A stretch of 64,000 bases of DNA from Terriglobia bacterium (GTDB lineage Bacteria > Acidobacteriota > Terriglobia > JAJPHL01 > JAPKYU01), in assembly GCA_965206645.1 (NCBI GenBank), contig CBDBKE010000003.1:832001-896000 (forward strand), in the 5' to 3' direction. Numbering within the stretch: position 1 is the first letter of the stretch; the number at the start of each line of letters is the position of its first letter. The position numbers and the translations under genes were made by a program. The notes beneath the pieces were generated by a model. It made no database searches and was not told the DNA's origin. It worked only from the letters and a program-made list of their open reading frames with translations. Below, in pieces: positions 31,576 to 42,748 of the stretch.

Positions 31576-33852
31576 TCAGCCGCGCTTCCACGCTGGCGAT
31601 CTGCGCGGTTTTATCTGTGACCTGCCGGGTGTAATCGTCGCGCTCGCGGCGATCCGCCCGCTGGCCGGATCGCCGAGCCATTCGTCCAGCTTCGACCACC
31701 GCCGCCCCGAGACGTTACGCACTGCGATGGCCACCGCCTTTTTTTGGCCGACCAGCACAACCAGCCGTCTACCGCGCGTCACGCCGGTGTAGAGCAGATT
31801 CCGCTGGAGCATGGCGTAGTGCTGAGTCAGCACGGGGATGACGACGGCGGGATACTCTGAGCCCTGGCTCTTGTGAATAGTTACGGCGTATGCGGGAACC
31901 AGCGTATCAAGCTCGCCGAAGCCATAAGCGACGGCGCGCCCGTCGAAACTCGCGTTCAGCTCCCCGGCATTGGGATCGACATCTTCGATATAGCCGATGT
32001 CGCCGTTATAAACTTCTTTGTCGTAATCGTTTTCGATCTGCATCACCTTGTCTCCAGGCGCAAAGGTCCAACCGAAGCGTTCGACCTTGCACTCGCCGGC
32101 GGGATTGAGGGCGGCCTGCAGCTCAATGTTGAGCGAGCGGGTGCCGGCGCCGCCACGGTTCATCGGGCACAGCACCTGGATGTCGCGGACGGGATCGAGC
32201 CCGAAGCGCTTCGGGATGCGCGTCTTCACCAATTCGATGATCTGCAGGACCGCGGTTTCCAGATCGTCTGCCTGTACGAAGTAGAAGTCGCTGTCGCCCT
32301 TAGGTTTTGAAAGATCTGGAATGGAGCCCCGATTGATCCTGTGTGCGCTGGTGACGATCCGGCTCAGCGCCGCCTGACGGAAAACCTCGGTCAGCCGCAC
32401 GACGGGGACCGTGCCGGAGGAAATGATGTCGGCAAGCACCTGGCCCGGACCGACTGAGGGGAGTTGGTCGATGTCGCCGACAATCAGCAACGCGGCACCG
32501 TCGGGGACTGCCTTCAGCAAGGCCTGCATCAGCATGATGTCCACCATCGAGGTCTCGTCGACTACCAGCAGGCCGCAGTCAAGAGGGTTGTCGGCGTTGC
32601 GCTTGAACCCGCCGGCCCTGGGATCGACTTCGAGCAGCCGGTGGATCGTCCTGGCCTCGAACCCGCTGGCCTCGGTTATCCGTTTGGCGGCGCGGCCGGT
32701 TGGCGCGCAGAGCAGAAGGTTCACGCCCTTGGCGGCCAGGATGCGCAGAATGGCGTTGACGATGGTTGTCTTGCCCACGCCCGGCCCTCCGGTGATGACC
32801 AATGCCTTGGAGATCAGAGCCAGGCGAACCGCATCGGCCTGGCTTGCCGCCAGCGACAGGCCGGTCTTCCGCTCGACCCAGGGTATCGCCTTGCCGGCAT
32901 CGATATCCGGCCAGGGGAGCTTGCCATCCGCAATCCGTAGAAACCGTTCGGCAATCGCCCGTTCGGCCCGGTACAGACCGCCGAGGAAAATACAGGGGGT
33001 GTCGGCAACCGTGTCCGCAACGATCGTCCCTTCGCCCAATTCGAGATCCAGTGCGCTCTGAACCAACTCATTTGAGACTTCCAGCAATTCGACGGCGTGC
33101 GGCACAAGCTCTTCGGCGGGCAGGCCGCAATGACCGTCGTCCATCGCCTCGGTGAGCGCATAGGAGATCCCCGCGCGAACCCGGATCATGGCGGCCTTCC
33201 CGATGCCGAGCTTCATGGCGATCGCGTCGGCGGTCTTGAACCCGATGCCCCGAATGTCCCGTGCAAGGCGGTACGGGTTCTCGGTCATGACCTGAACGGC
33301 ATCCGCGCCGTAGGTCTTGTAGATCCGCACCGCGGTCGCCGTGCCAACGCCATGACTGTGCAGAAAAACCATGATCTCGCGAACGATCTTCTGTTCCGCC
33401 CAGGCGTCAGTGATCCGCCCGGCGCGTACGCGCCCGATTCCGGTTACCTCGCACAGCCGTTCCGGCTCCGCCTCGATGATATCGAACACTTTTACACCGA
33501 ACGTCTTGATCATCTTCCCGGCGTAGACCGGCCCGATGCCGCGGATCATGCCGGAGCCGAGGTATTTCTCGATGCCGTCGATCGACGACGGTGCCGAGGT
33601 GCGTATAAAACGCGCCTTGAATTGCTGACCATGGGTACGGTCGTTAACCCATTCCCCCGATGCCGAAATCCACTCCCCCGCCGAGACGATGGCGGCGTGG
33701 CCGACGACCGTCACAAAATCGTGATGGCCCCGGACCTTGGTGCGTAGGACACAAAATCCGTTATCGGCATTGTGGAACGTCACCCGCTCGACAAGGCCGG
33801 CCAGGACTTCTCGAGCCGACGATTCCGGTTGTCGCTTGACTGTGGTTGTCAC
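31576..33852 (-). CDS. recD2: ATP-dependent RecD-like DNA helicase (RecD2)
   Basis: N-terminal VERVTFHNADNGF and HhH repeats, GGPGVGKT, VDETSM, HKSQGSE. The extreme C-terminus runs into unrelated, possibly mobilisation-gene-derived sequence. Confidence 0.93.
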   Translation of the reverse strand: MTTTVKRQPESSAREVLAGLVERVTFHNADNGFCVLRTKVRGHHDFVTVVGHAAIVSAGEWISASGEWVNDRTHGQQFKARFIRTSAPSSIDGIEKYLGSGMIRGIGPVYAGKMIKTFGVKVFDIIEAEPERLCEVTGIGRVRAGRITDAWAEQKIVREIMVFLHSHGVGTATAVRIYKTYGADAVQVMTENPYRLARDIRGIGFKTADAIAMKLGIGKAAMIRVRAGISYALTEAMDDGHCGLPAEELVPHAVELLEVSNELVQSALDLELGEGTIVADTVADTPCIFLGGLYRAERAIAERFLRIADGKLPWPDIDAGKAIPWVERKTGLSLAASQADAVRLALISKALVITGGPGVGKTTIVNAILRILAAKGVNLLLCAPTGRAAKRITEASGFEARTIHRLLEVDPRAGGFKRNADNPLDCGLLVVDETSMVDIMLMQALLKAVPDGAALLIVGDIDQLPSVGPGQVLADIISSGTVPVVRLTEVFRQAALSRIVTSAHRINRGSIPDLSKPKGDSDFYFVQADDLETAVLQIIELVKTRIPKRFGLDPVRDIQVLCPMNRGGAGTRSLNIELQAALNPAGECKVERFGWTFAPGDKVMQIENDYDKEVYNGDIGYIEDVDPNAGELNASFDGRAVAYGFGELDTLVPAYAVTIHKSQGSEYPAVVIPVLTQHYAMLQRNLLYTGVTRGRRLVVLVGQKKAVAIAVRNVSGRRWSKLDEWLGDPASGRIAASATITPGRSQIKPRRSPAWKRG

Positions 33853-34619
33853 GACGTACTGATCGCGGTGGCGGTCAACAATTTCTTACTGACATCGAAT
33901 TGCCGCGCCCGCTCCGCCCTCGCCGCCGGTCTTTCGGAGGCTGACTCGTCGCCTTCCATAGTGGCCAGAGTGGTTTCATGGCGAAAGCGCTCGATGCACG
34001 CGAGGTGTGTCCGTATCTCCTGCGGCGTAAACATGCGCTTCACCCCGAAAACAAACCGGGGTAGTGCGCGCAGCGCACCGCAAGTTCCTACCAGTGAATA
34101 TAACTGGAGTCTATGACGCATTGCTCAAGCTATGCAACCCGTTTGGAACCTCAATCCTCGACGTGTGGAGAACCGGCAACGCCATCCCTCATGAGGTGCC
34201 AGCCGAGTCGAGGCTGGAACGGCATTGGGCGCCGCCGCTTGGCGCGGTGCTGGGGTGCGCACCCGCGCTGGTGGGCGAGTTGCTGTTCTAGGAAGCTGTC
34301 GGATTTGCCGCGCAAGCGGCAAGGCGTCGCTTGAGCTGAGGTGAAACGCAGCATCTATGGAAGCAGCGCGGTTTTGATGCTGGTAGTACTACCCAACGGG
34401 AATCGCCTCAGCAGCGGCTTTAGCCTTTTCCTTAGCGCGCTCCAATCTCGCGTAGTACCTCGTAAACCTTACTCACGATAAGGATCGGAGAGCGGCGGGG
34501 ATCGGCCCCGCCGCTCTCTGATGTCTGCGGCACGCTGGGACTCGCCCTCCGGCTCTTCTTCCTGCGGAAGCTCGAGGATTCGCGGCCGAGTGCGGCCCAG
34601 ATTGCTGCAAAAATATCCT

Positions 34620-35222
34620 TCTAGTCGCACCAACTTCGTTGGATACGCGCACTCGGTGGCTTTTCCGTCCGGTCCTTAAATCTGTCCTTGAAGATGCATA
34701 GCATGTCCTCAATCTCGTGCGGTTCTAAGGCCCTCAACGCAGGAGGAAGGACGGACCTGCTCAAGGTCTTCGCTTTCTGGTCGAAACCGAGTGCACGAGC
34801 GCCGACTCGCGTTCCTGCATGCAGGTAGACCTTGGTTGGAAATAGCCCAAGCTTTGCGCCTCTCCGGAGAGATGTATCGTAGACGTAAAGTTCGCCAACA
34901 CCGAATACGTCCTCCAGCGCCGTTTCAGCGAGTTGGACAACTTATCGAAGCTTTCCGCCTTCCTGAGTTGACGTTTATGCGCCAAAAGGACGTCCAATGC
35001 CTGCTCCAGAGTCTTTCTCTTGAGTCGACGTTGATGCGAATATCGCTTGCCTCGACTGTTGATTGCGAGTGCCGCGTGATCTATCGCCCTTTGGAGACTC
35101 GGTTGTGCCTCGAACCACTGCAACTCAGCCTGGGCGCGGGGACGGATGTTTCTGGCGTATGTGCGACCGGCCGATGTCAATTTCAAGAGAAAGGCCTCCG
35201 GTGAAGTCTCTGTTCTCATCAA
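34620..35222 (-). pseudogene. Frameshifted hypothetical protein
   Basis: N-terminal half has RYSHQRR. Another frame continues GVGELYVYDTSLR...VYLHAGTRVGA...EIEDMLCIFK. Shift near 34940. Confidence 0.6.
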
Positions 35223-35681
35223 AGAGCAAGACAGGGGCGAAAGGAGGGTCTCCGATAAGATTCCGAGGCATCAGAATAGCTCCCGGAGCGGAACGCCGAG
35301 AGCCGCTAGAGCTGCCGAGTCACAAGCACCCCTCTCTTTCGTGTACGGATAGGATAATCCTTGGGATGCGTAACTAAGAGAGAGAATATGGCGAACAGAA
35401 AACACTACTTATCAAGTGTGTGCTCAAGGGCTCGCTTGATGCGAGGGATTAAGCGTCGGAGCTGAGTCCCACTAGATACGTTGGAAGCGCGCCATCCAGG
35501 ACTTTCCTTGAAACTAACGTGAAGATGCTTTTTCGTAGGCTGATACCAACAAAGTTTTGCGTCACCCGATAATAGCCCGCATTTCTATTTTGAAAACGCA
35601 GCGGCAACCTTCAGCTAACCTCCAACGTCAATATCGATACTGGTTGCAGCATCAATCGGAGCGTTCGGAGGCGTAAACCCA

Positions 35682-36380
35682 ATGGGTGAGAGCGGAAAAC
35701 AGGGATTTCAGCTGTCGTTCAACCGATTTCTGCGAGTCGGGTTTCAGGGATCACGGGTGACTTCCAATGGTGGACTGATTCTGGTCCGGGAGTTGGATGA
35801 GCGTCCGGGATTCAGCGAACTCATTGACGAGCACCTGACCGATTCGCGGGCAAACAATGCTCGGTTTTCTTTCGCGGACTTGCTGCGGCAGTCGGTCTAC
35901 AGTCGCCTAGCTGGATACGAGGATGTAAATGATGCCGAGCGGCTGTCGCAAGACCCGACCTTTCAGCTGATTGGTTCAGAGAAGACTTGGGAACGAGGCG
36001 CGGCGCTGACCTCCAGGTTGCAAACTTTCGAGACGGAGATGCTGGCGAAGGTGGAGAACTTCGTCGGGTTAGCCCGGATCAACCGGGAACTGATCGGAAA
36101 GGTCGAAGCCTTCCAGTGGCACTACCGAGCGGTGCTGGATATGGACTCAACCGAGATTCCGGTCTACGGGGAGCAGGAACAGAGCGCCTACAACGGACAC
36201 TTCGAGTCGGTCTGCTATCACCCGCTGCTTTTGTTCAATCGAGACGGCGACTGTCTGGCGGGCCAGCTCCGTCCCGGCAACGTGCACAGTGCCGAGGGTT
36301 GGGATGAGCTGCTGCTGCCCGAGATTGAGCGCCAACAGGCCGAAGGGAAACACGTGACGTTCCGGGTCAAGAGGGCCTGA
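35682..36380 (+). mobile_element. IS1380-family transposase, C-terminally truncated
   Basis: VTSNGGL, AGYEDVND, LDMDST, YHPL and LRPGNVHS. Ends at about half the usual length. Confidence 0.88.
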
Positions 36381-36494
36381 ACAGACGGGGAAGGAAGTCG
36401 AGCGTGACAGGGACGCCAGAATACCGCTGCGCAAGCAACTCCAAATTCGTGTACACTGCCCGTTCCCGGAGGGCCAAAACGGAAATCTCCGTCT

Positions 36495-39400
36495 ATGTTT
36501 CATATAATCAGATTCTTGGCTTTTTGGAACTGGCGTTTTCTTATCCCTTTCTCCTACGTTCGGTGCCCGGTACGCCAACTGAGAACCGTCCTGGGGCTTC
36601 TGCTGGCCAGTGGCGCTCTGGTGCAGGCTCAGACCAACACTGGCAACATCCGCGGCTATGTGTACGACGAAACACGAGCGGTTGTTCCGGGCACAACCGT
36701 AACGGTAGTTGATCAGAGCCGTGGTGTGAGGCGGCAGACACGCACGTCGGCTCTCGGTGAATATTTCTTCAGTCATCTCGATCCGGGCCTTCACACGTTG
36801 CGTTTCGAGGTAGAGAACTTTGCCTCGTATCTCCTCGAGGATTTCGAGGTGCGTATCGGAGAGACGGAGTCATTTTCCCCCCGGCTTGCACTGGCCGCAG
36901 CCGAGGAGCATATCGTTATCTCGGCAGAATCATCCCAGCCAGCTCTTGAGCCCGACAGAACGCAGCAGTCCGACCGTATCGATTTCGTCAGCATCCAGAA
37001 TCTTCCCATCAACCGCCGGGACTACCTGGACTTGGCTCTGCTGACTCCGGGAGTAGTGGACACAAACTACATTGCAGACGACCGGGATTTCCGCATCGCC
37101 CCTACGCCGCAGTCCGGACTGGGCATCGGCGGCACGAACGGGCGCGGCAACACATTCATGCTGGACGGCTTGACCAATGTCTACAACTCTGGCAGCGTGC
37201 GCTCCTCGATCAGCCAGGAAGCGGTGCGCGAGTTTCAGATTAACCGCAATTCGTTTTCATCGGAACTAGGCGGGGCGCCAGGCGGAGCGATCAACATCGT
37301 CACCAAGGGAGGTACGAACAAGCTGCATGGATCCCTTTTCGGGGTACTCCGCAACCGCCGCTTCCAGGCCCGCAACTTCTTCGACCCAAGGAAGTCCGCG
37401 TACACGCGCGCACAGAGCGGCGTGTCCATTGGCGGTCCCATCTCGCGTAACAAGACGTTCTTCTACAGCGCTTACGAGCGCCTCGACCGTCACGAATCGG
37501 CGTTCGTTCCACTGCTTCAGGACAGATCATTTTTGTATCGGTTGACGCCTTCGCAGCAGGCCTTGGTGAATGCGCTCGGCTCCGGGGCGGCTCCGCCCCA
37601 GCTTCTCCCGTTGGTCAAAGAGCTTTCGGCGGCGCTGGTTCCGGGCAATTACCCCCACGTGGTCTCTCTGTTCGAGAACAACAGCGGTGTGTTCCCGTTC
37701 TCGGAACAACGCCAGCAATTCCTATCGCGCATCGACCACACGGTGCGAGATGGGCACAACCTCTTCCTGCGGGGGAACTGGATGGGCCAGGATAACGAGA
37801 ATACATCCTTCGGTTCGCTGGTTGGTTATACCCGCGGGCGGATCGGTAAAATCAACGATTTCTCGATTGCATTGGGCGATACTCTGGTGATTGGTCCGCG
37901 GTGGGTCAGCGAGACCCGGTTGGGCCTCGCGTATCACGACGCCGGGTCATACCCGACCGACCCGTACGGTCCGTCGATCGACATCAACGGCTTTGGTTTT
38001 TTCGGACGGGACTTCATTCTACCGGGCCGTGTGGTGGAACGCGCGTGGCAACTGCGACAGAACTTCACGCGCGTCTCCGGTCGACATATCTTCAAGTTTG
38101 GTGCGGACATCAACCCCCTACGCGACAGCGCGCAGGTGGAAACGTTCTTCAGTGGACGATTCATCTTCGGAGAGGCCGTACCTCTTGCGAATCTGATTGA
38201 CAGTGCTGCTGGCGCCGGCACTTCGCAATTTCTCAAGGCTACACTGTCCGGAGCCGGTGCTCCCGAACTCGCAGCAGCGGTCGGTGAACCCGTCTCTGCC
38301 TTGCAGTCCTATGCGTTAGGCCTGCCGATCATCTATCAGCAGGGATTCGGCAACCCCAACTGGGCTGGCTGGGCGAATCGCTACAGCTTCTTTGCTGAGG
38401 ACTCGTGGCGCTTGGCGCAGAACTTCTTGCTCACCCTCGGCGGGCGTCATGAATTCGAGATGAAGACGGGGTTCCCGCGCGACAACAACAACTTTGCACC
38501 AAGAGCAGGATTTGCCTGGAGTCCGGATACCAAGACGGTCGTTCGGGGCGGTTACGGAATCTTCTATTCGCGGATCGACAGCCAGGTCGTGTACGTCAAC
38601 GACCTGCTCGGAGAGAAGCAGCAGATTTACCAGGTTTTCGTGCCCCTGACTGGACTGCCGGGAATCAACAGCGCTCTGACCGGCCAGCCGCTCACGTCCG
38701 CGGAAATCTATCAGACAGCATTGGCCAGGGGGATCCTCGGCAAACGGCAGATCACTCCCGAGGACCTTAAGATTCATGGCATTGATCCTGGCCCCGGGCT
38801 ACCTCTGCGCGTGCAGTTCCGGGTGGCCCGGGATACCGTAAACCCCTACTCCCAGCAGGGTAGTTTCGAGATCCAAAGAGAGGTTGCCGGCTATGCGCTC
38901 TCTGCGGGGTACAACTTCAACCGTGGCCTCCATCTAATCCGCCCGCTCGACGTCAACGCCTATCGCGCCGGGACGAATGACCAAGGAAGGCCGATTGTGG
39001 GTTTTCATAATCCGTTACTCCTGCAGGACAACGTCTACGGCAGCTGGGGTAATTCCTACTATCACGCCTTGATCCTCCAGCTGAAGAAGCGCTTCTCCCA
39101 GGGTTTCATGATTTCCGCTCATCACACGTGGAGCAAGGCGATCGACGAGAACACGGATTACAACTCGTCGTTCGAGCCCCACTTGCAGTGGATTGCCAAG
39201 AATGAACGCGCCCTGTCTTCCTACCACCGCGGACATCGCTTCGTTGCGCACACTGTGGTGAATTCCCCTTGGAAGAAGGACAAGGGCAGCGGGTTCCTCC
39301 ACAACTTACTCAGTGACTTCACGCTTTCCGGGATCGTGATCGCGCGCTCGTTTGCCCCGTTCAACCTCAATGCGGGCTACGACAACATTGGCGACCGCCA

Positions 39401-39710
39401 CACTGACACCCACCGCCCATGGGGTATGGGCCGCAACACCGGAATCGGGCCCAACTTCTTCACTCTCGACATCCGCCTGATGCGCCAGTTCCCGCTCGGC
39501 TTGGACAAGAACATCCAGGTCGTTGCCGAGGCGTTCAACCTACTCAATCGCACCAATTTCAGGCATGTCAACAGCACCGTTGGAAAGCTACGCCTCGAGG
39601 AACTTCCGACCTTGCTGAAGGGACGCCGGGGGCCTGTGACGGAGCCGTTCTCGTTCACTTCGGCATTCGATCCGAGGCAGTTCCAGTTTTCGCTGCGTTT
39701 CAATTTCTGA
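36495..39710 (+). CDS. TonB-dependent receptor with N-terminal carboxypeptidase-regulatory-like domain
   Basis: IQNLPINRRDY, EAVREFQI, NIVTKGGTN, NNFAPRAGFAW, C-terminal PRQFQFSLRFNF. Start uncertain. Confidence 0.93.
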   Translation: MFHIIRFLAFWNWRFLIPFSYVRCPVRQLRTVLGLLLASGALVQAQTNTGNIRGYVYDETRAVVPGTTVTVVDQSRGVRRQTRTSALGEYFFSHLDPGLHTLRFEVENFASYLLEDFEVRIGETESFSPRLALAAAEEHIVISAESSQPALEPDRTQQSDRIDFVSIQNLPINRRDYLDLALLTPGVVDTNYIADDRDFRIAPTPQSGLGIGGTNGRGNTFMLDGLTNVYNSGSVRSSISQEAVREFQINRNSFSSELGGAPGGAINIVTKGGTNKLHGSLFGVLRNRRFQARNFFDPRKSAYTRAQSGVSIGGPISRNKTFFYSAYERLDRHESAFVPLLQDRSFLYRLTPSQQALVNALGSGAAPPQLLPLVKELSAALVPGNYPHVVSLFENNSGVFPFSEQRQQFLSRIDHTVRDGHNLFLRGNWMGQDNENTSFGSLVGYTRGRIGKINDFSIALGDTLVIGPRWVSETRLGLAYHDAGSYPTDPYGPSIDINGFGFFGRDFILPGRVVERAWQLRQNFTRVSGRHIFKFGADINPLRDSAQVETFFSGRFIFGEAVPLANLIDSAAGAGTSQFLKATLSGAGAPELAAAVGEPVSALQSYALGLPIIYQQGFGNPNWAGWANRYSFFAEDSWRLAQNFLLTLGGRHEFEMKTGFPRDNNNFAPRAGFAWSPDTKTVVRGGYGIFYSRIDSQVVYVNDLLGEKQQIYQVFVPLTGLPGINSALTGQPLTSAEIYQTALARGILGKRQITPEDLKIHGIDPGPGLPLRVQFRVARDTVNPYSQQGSFEIQREVAGYALSAGYNFNRGLHLIRPLDVNAYRAGTNDQGRPIVGFHNPLLLQDNVYGSWGNSYYHALILQLKKRFSQGFMISAHHTWSKAIDENTDYNSSFEPHLQWIAKNERALSSYHRGHRFVAHTVVNSPWKKDKGSGFLHNLLSDFTLSGIVIARSFAPFNLNAGYDNIGDRHTDTHRPWGMGRNTGIGPNFFTLDIRLMRQFPLGLDKNIQVVAEAFNLLNRTNFRHVNSTVGKLRLEELPTLLKGRRGPVTEPFSFTSAFDPRQFQFSLRFNF

Positions 39711-39768
39711 GTGCAGCGCCGGTCGAAACCAGCTTATTCATTATAGCCCAATAAGTCCTGCCAACTCA

Positions 39769-39984
39769 TGTACTCGTCCAGTAGATTAGTGACACTTTGC
39801 CTCCTTGGAAAGGGATTGGTTTTGGTGAGGAACTCAAGAGGGGTAAGGTAACCGAGAGCTTGGTGAGGGCGCACGGTATTGTAGATGCGTTCCCAAGCCC
39901 GGAGATCGCGATTGAGGGCGGGGAGTTGGAACGAGTCGGGGATAACCTCATAGAACTCCTCGGTATGGGTACGTTGGGCGGGTT
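39769..39984 (-). mobile_element. IS481-family remnant (transposase C-terminus and end)
   Basis: QRTHTEEFY...YNTVRPHQALGYLTP...VTNLLDEY, terminal TGT. Confidence 0.75.
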
Positions 39985-40762
39985 TGACGTGACCGGGGTT
40001 TTTTGTACCAGGTGAAATGAGAGAGAATTCACCTGAGAAGGAGCCCCGATCCTGTCGACGAAGAGGTATAAGCCGGAGCAGGTTGTAAACCTCCTCCGGC
40101 AGATCGAAGTGGAGACTGCCAACGGGAAGACCACGCCGCAAGCCTGCCGGGATGCTCAGCTCACGGTGCAGACGTAGTATCGCTGGCGGAAGGAGTTTGG
40201 CGGGCTGAAGCTAGACCAAGCGAAGCGGCTGAAGGAACTCGAGAAAGAGAACTCTCGGCTCAAGCGGTTGGTGGCCGAGCTTTCCCTGGAGAAGCAGGTT
40301 TTGCGGGATGTGGCGCAGGGAAACTTGTAAGCCCTGAGCGGCGGCGTTGTGCGGTAGAGCGTGCGCGGGAGCAACACGGGTTGTCGGAACGGCATGGCTG
40401 CCGGCTGCTGGGGCAATGGCGAGGGACACAACGATACGAGCCGAATCCTGTGCTGGACGAAGATGGCCTCACCCGAGCGATCGTTGCCCTGGCGACGCAG
40501 TACGGGCGCTACGGCTACCGGAGGATCGCGGCACTGCTGCGGGGTGCAGGCTGGCCAGTGGGCAAGGATCGGGTGCAGCGGATCTGGCGGCGGGAGGGGC
40601 TGAAAGTGCCGCAAAAGCAAAGACCCCGGGGACGATTGTGGCTGAATGAGGGTTCCTGTGTGCGGCTGCGGCCGGAACGGCCGAATCATGTTTGAAGCTA
40701 TGACTTCGTGAGTGCCAGAACGCATGAGGGGAAAACGTTGCGGTTATTGACGCTGATCGATG
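39985..40762 (+). mobile_element. Degenerate, truncated IS3-family element related to copies 1 and 2
   Basis: IRL TGACGTGACCGGGGTTTTTTGTACCA. orfA/orfB homology with internal stops. Confidence 0.88.
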
Positions 40763-40870
40763 TGAGGTGGCCCCGGAAAATCGGACAGACGTTTAAGCCG
40801 CGTCGTGTTGTGTACCATCGCTTTTCCGACTCGCTCATGTGTCATGGCTTCTGAGGTCGAATGCCCCCGC
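40763..40870 (-). mobile_element. Isolated end of another IS3-like element
   Basis: TGAGGTGGCCCCGGAAAATCGGACA end motif truncating the preceding IS. Confidence 0.55.
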
Positions 40871-40934
40871 GCGTTCGGCGGGTGGTGGGACGGGCGTGTC
40901 GTAGGCGACCAACGGACCGTGGCTCACGTCGTGA

Positions 40935-41145
40935 CGATGCGTGTTCCGAGCGGACGAATCACCCGCGCGAGGTGGTCGAGGCTGCGCTCGCGCACGTGGT
41001 CAGTGACCAGGCGGAAGCGGCCTACGCGCGGTCGGACCTGTTCGAGCGCCGCCGCCACCTGATGGACGACTGGGCGTCGGCAATCGAGGCTACACCTCAA
41101 ACCCGTTCGCTCGATCAGACGCACTACTCGGCCGCTTCTTCGTAG
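40935..41145 (+). pseudogene. C-terminal fragment of a P4-type tyrosine integrase
   Basis: VVEAALAHVV...AAYARSDLFERRRHLMDDWA (catalytic His and Tyr region). Confidence 0.8.
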
Positions 41146-41191
41146 TCATCCAAGACTGTATCTGACAGGTCTGTAAGGTGAGGCTGTTCTA

Positions 41192-41470
41192 CTAGTTCCT
41201 TGACGAGACGACTGGGTTAACACGGAAGCGAATAACAAAGGGGTCATCCTCCGGATAGAAGATCGGCGAACTCTCCTCGTAGGGTCCGTCCGAAACCTCC
41301 AACAGACCAATCTGCCGAGAGAGCTTCGTCAGGTAACAGACGAAAATATCACCTCGTCTAATGCGACTCGCCGCGTGGCGTTGTCTTCTTCTGAAGCCAG
41401 ATACGGTTTGTTCCGACTGCTCAAATGCTGCGTAGGTTTCTGGTGAGAACAAGTTCAGGTAGTAAGCCGT
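41192..41470 (-). pseudogene. EVE-domain-like N-terminal fragment (start codon reads ACG)
   Basis: AYYLNLFSPETY...IRRGDIFVCYLT, truncated. Confidence 0.6.
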
Positions 41471-41542
41471 CTATTGCTTAGTGCACGATTGTCCCGTTTC
41501 GTGAGGTGACCCCTAATCGGTAGCTTGCATCTATCGCGGGGC

Positions 41543-41571
41543 GGGTTGATCCCCGCGTGTGCGGGAGAAAC
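41543..41571 (-). CRISPR. Solitary type I-E-like CRISPR repeat (no array, no cas genes in window)
   Basis: GTTTCTCCCGCACACGCGGGGATCAACCC, 29 nt with CCCGC-ACAC-GCGGG hairpin, resembling I-E repeats. Confidence 0.65.
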
Positions 41572-41677
41572 TTGCAATGAAGGGTGCCGCCCAGATTGCT
41601 GCACAAATATCCTTTAAGCTAAAATAGTTGAGCTTGTCTTCAGCATTCAAACTAAGTTTATTGAAGTTGATCCAGCA

Positions 41678-42265
41678 CTAAAGCTCCGCACGGGCGATTT
41701 GATGAAGTCGGTCGCAATCTGACCAGCCAATAGTGATTGGTCTCTTGGCTATAAATTTCCTTGGCTGGCTAGAATTCACCGGTTCAGGTGGTGGGTCTTC
41801 GAGCGCGTCGAAGGCTTTGTTTTCATTCTTCCATTGTTTGGCAGTAAGTGGTGTACCGTATCTGCCTGACCACATTAGCACTTGCTTAACAAGCAGAAGA
41901 CGATACTTGTCCTCGCGCGGCAATTCGGGAAGCCCGGCATCTGTCCACAGCTTAGGTAGGTCATGCGTTGCTGGAACGCATTCGGTTGCAGGATTGGCAC
42001 CCCTCACTTGGAGTTTGCGAGCGATTACGGCCTTTACAACAAGTTCAAGCGCGATGGCGCTCTCTCTCTGAAATGCTTCGCGCAAAGCAAGACCGGCATC
42101 GCCGCCAGTATAGGCGGACTCACGCACCATCTCGCTAAGCCGCGACTCCTCCATCCCGTGCCATAGCACGAAGGCTGCAAAGTGGGCCTTTTCGGCGCTC
42201 GTGCTCCAGTGTCCATATCGCCGCCACTCGATGACGTCTTGCTCGATACTCCACGGCTTTTTCAT
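41678..42265 (-). CDS. Hypothetical protein, HEPN-like
   Basis: ALELVVKA...THDLPKL...WSGRYG pattern. Confidence 0.6.
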   Translation of the reverse strand: MKKPWSIEQDVIEWRRYGHWSTSAEKAHFAAFVLWHGMEESRLSEMVRESAYTGGDAGLALREAFQRESAIALELVVKAVIARKLQVRGANPATECVPATHDLPKLWTDAGLPELPREDKYRLLLVKQVLMWSGRYGTPLTAKQWKNENKAFDALEDPPPEPVNSSQPRKFIAKRPITIGWSDCDRLHQIARAEL

Positions 42266-42748
42266 GCGTCTATTTTGCAACAGCGGGTAGCCCCGGTGCC
42301 GCTTTTCCCTGTCGTGGTTTTGTCCATGTAAAGCGTCAAGACGGCGCCCGAATAAAACGTGTGGCATGGAAAATTGTGCGCGGCCTGTATTTCTATCACC
42401 ACGGGGCCATTCTACTGGATTCTTTCTCCGTAGATTGCACCCTCACTGCTAAGGGCCGGCCGCTCCCTGAGCACATTCGGGCGGTGATTGGCCTTTTGGA
42501 GGATGAAGGACATGGCCAGTATCCCGGTTAAGAGGAGTTTCTCGCAAAGGCGCTGACCACAGCCAAGCTCGTTGACAAAAGCCGCCTGTTCTGTGTGAGG
42601 CGCAGGTAGGCTTTGCCAGGCCAGTTCCGAAATGACCCCTCCGGGGTCAGGGTCTATGTCAGGCGTAATTGCTGTCCCATGCGCTGGCGATCCACCCGGG
42701 TGGGTCGGATGGAGACAATTCTTCTTCTGCTGCCCTGCTGCTACACGT

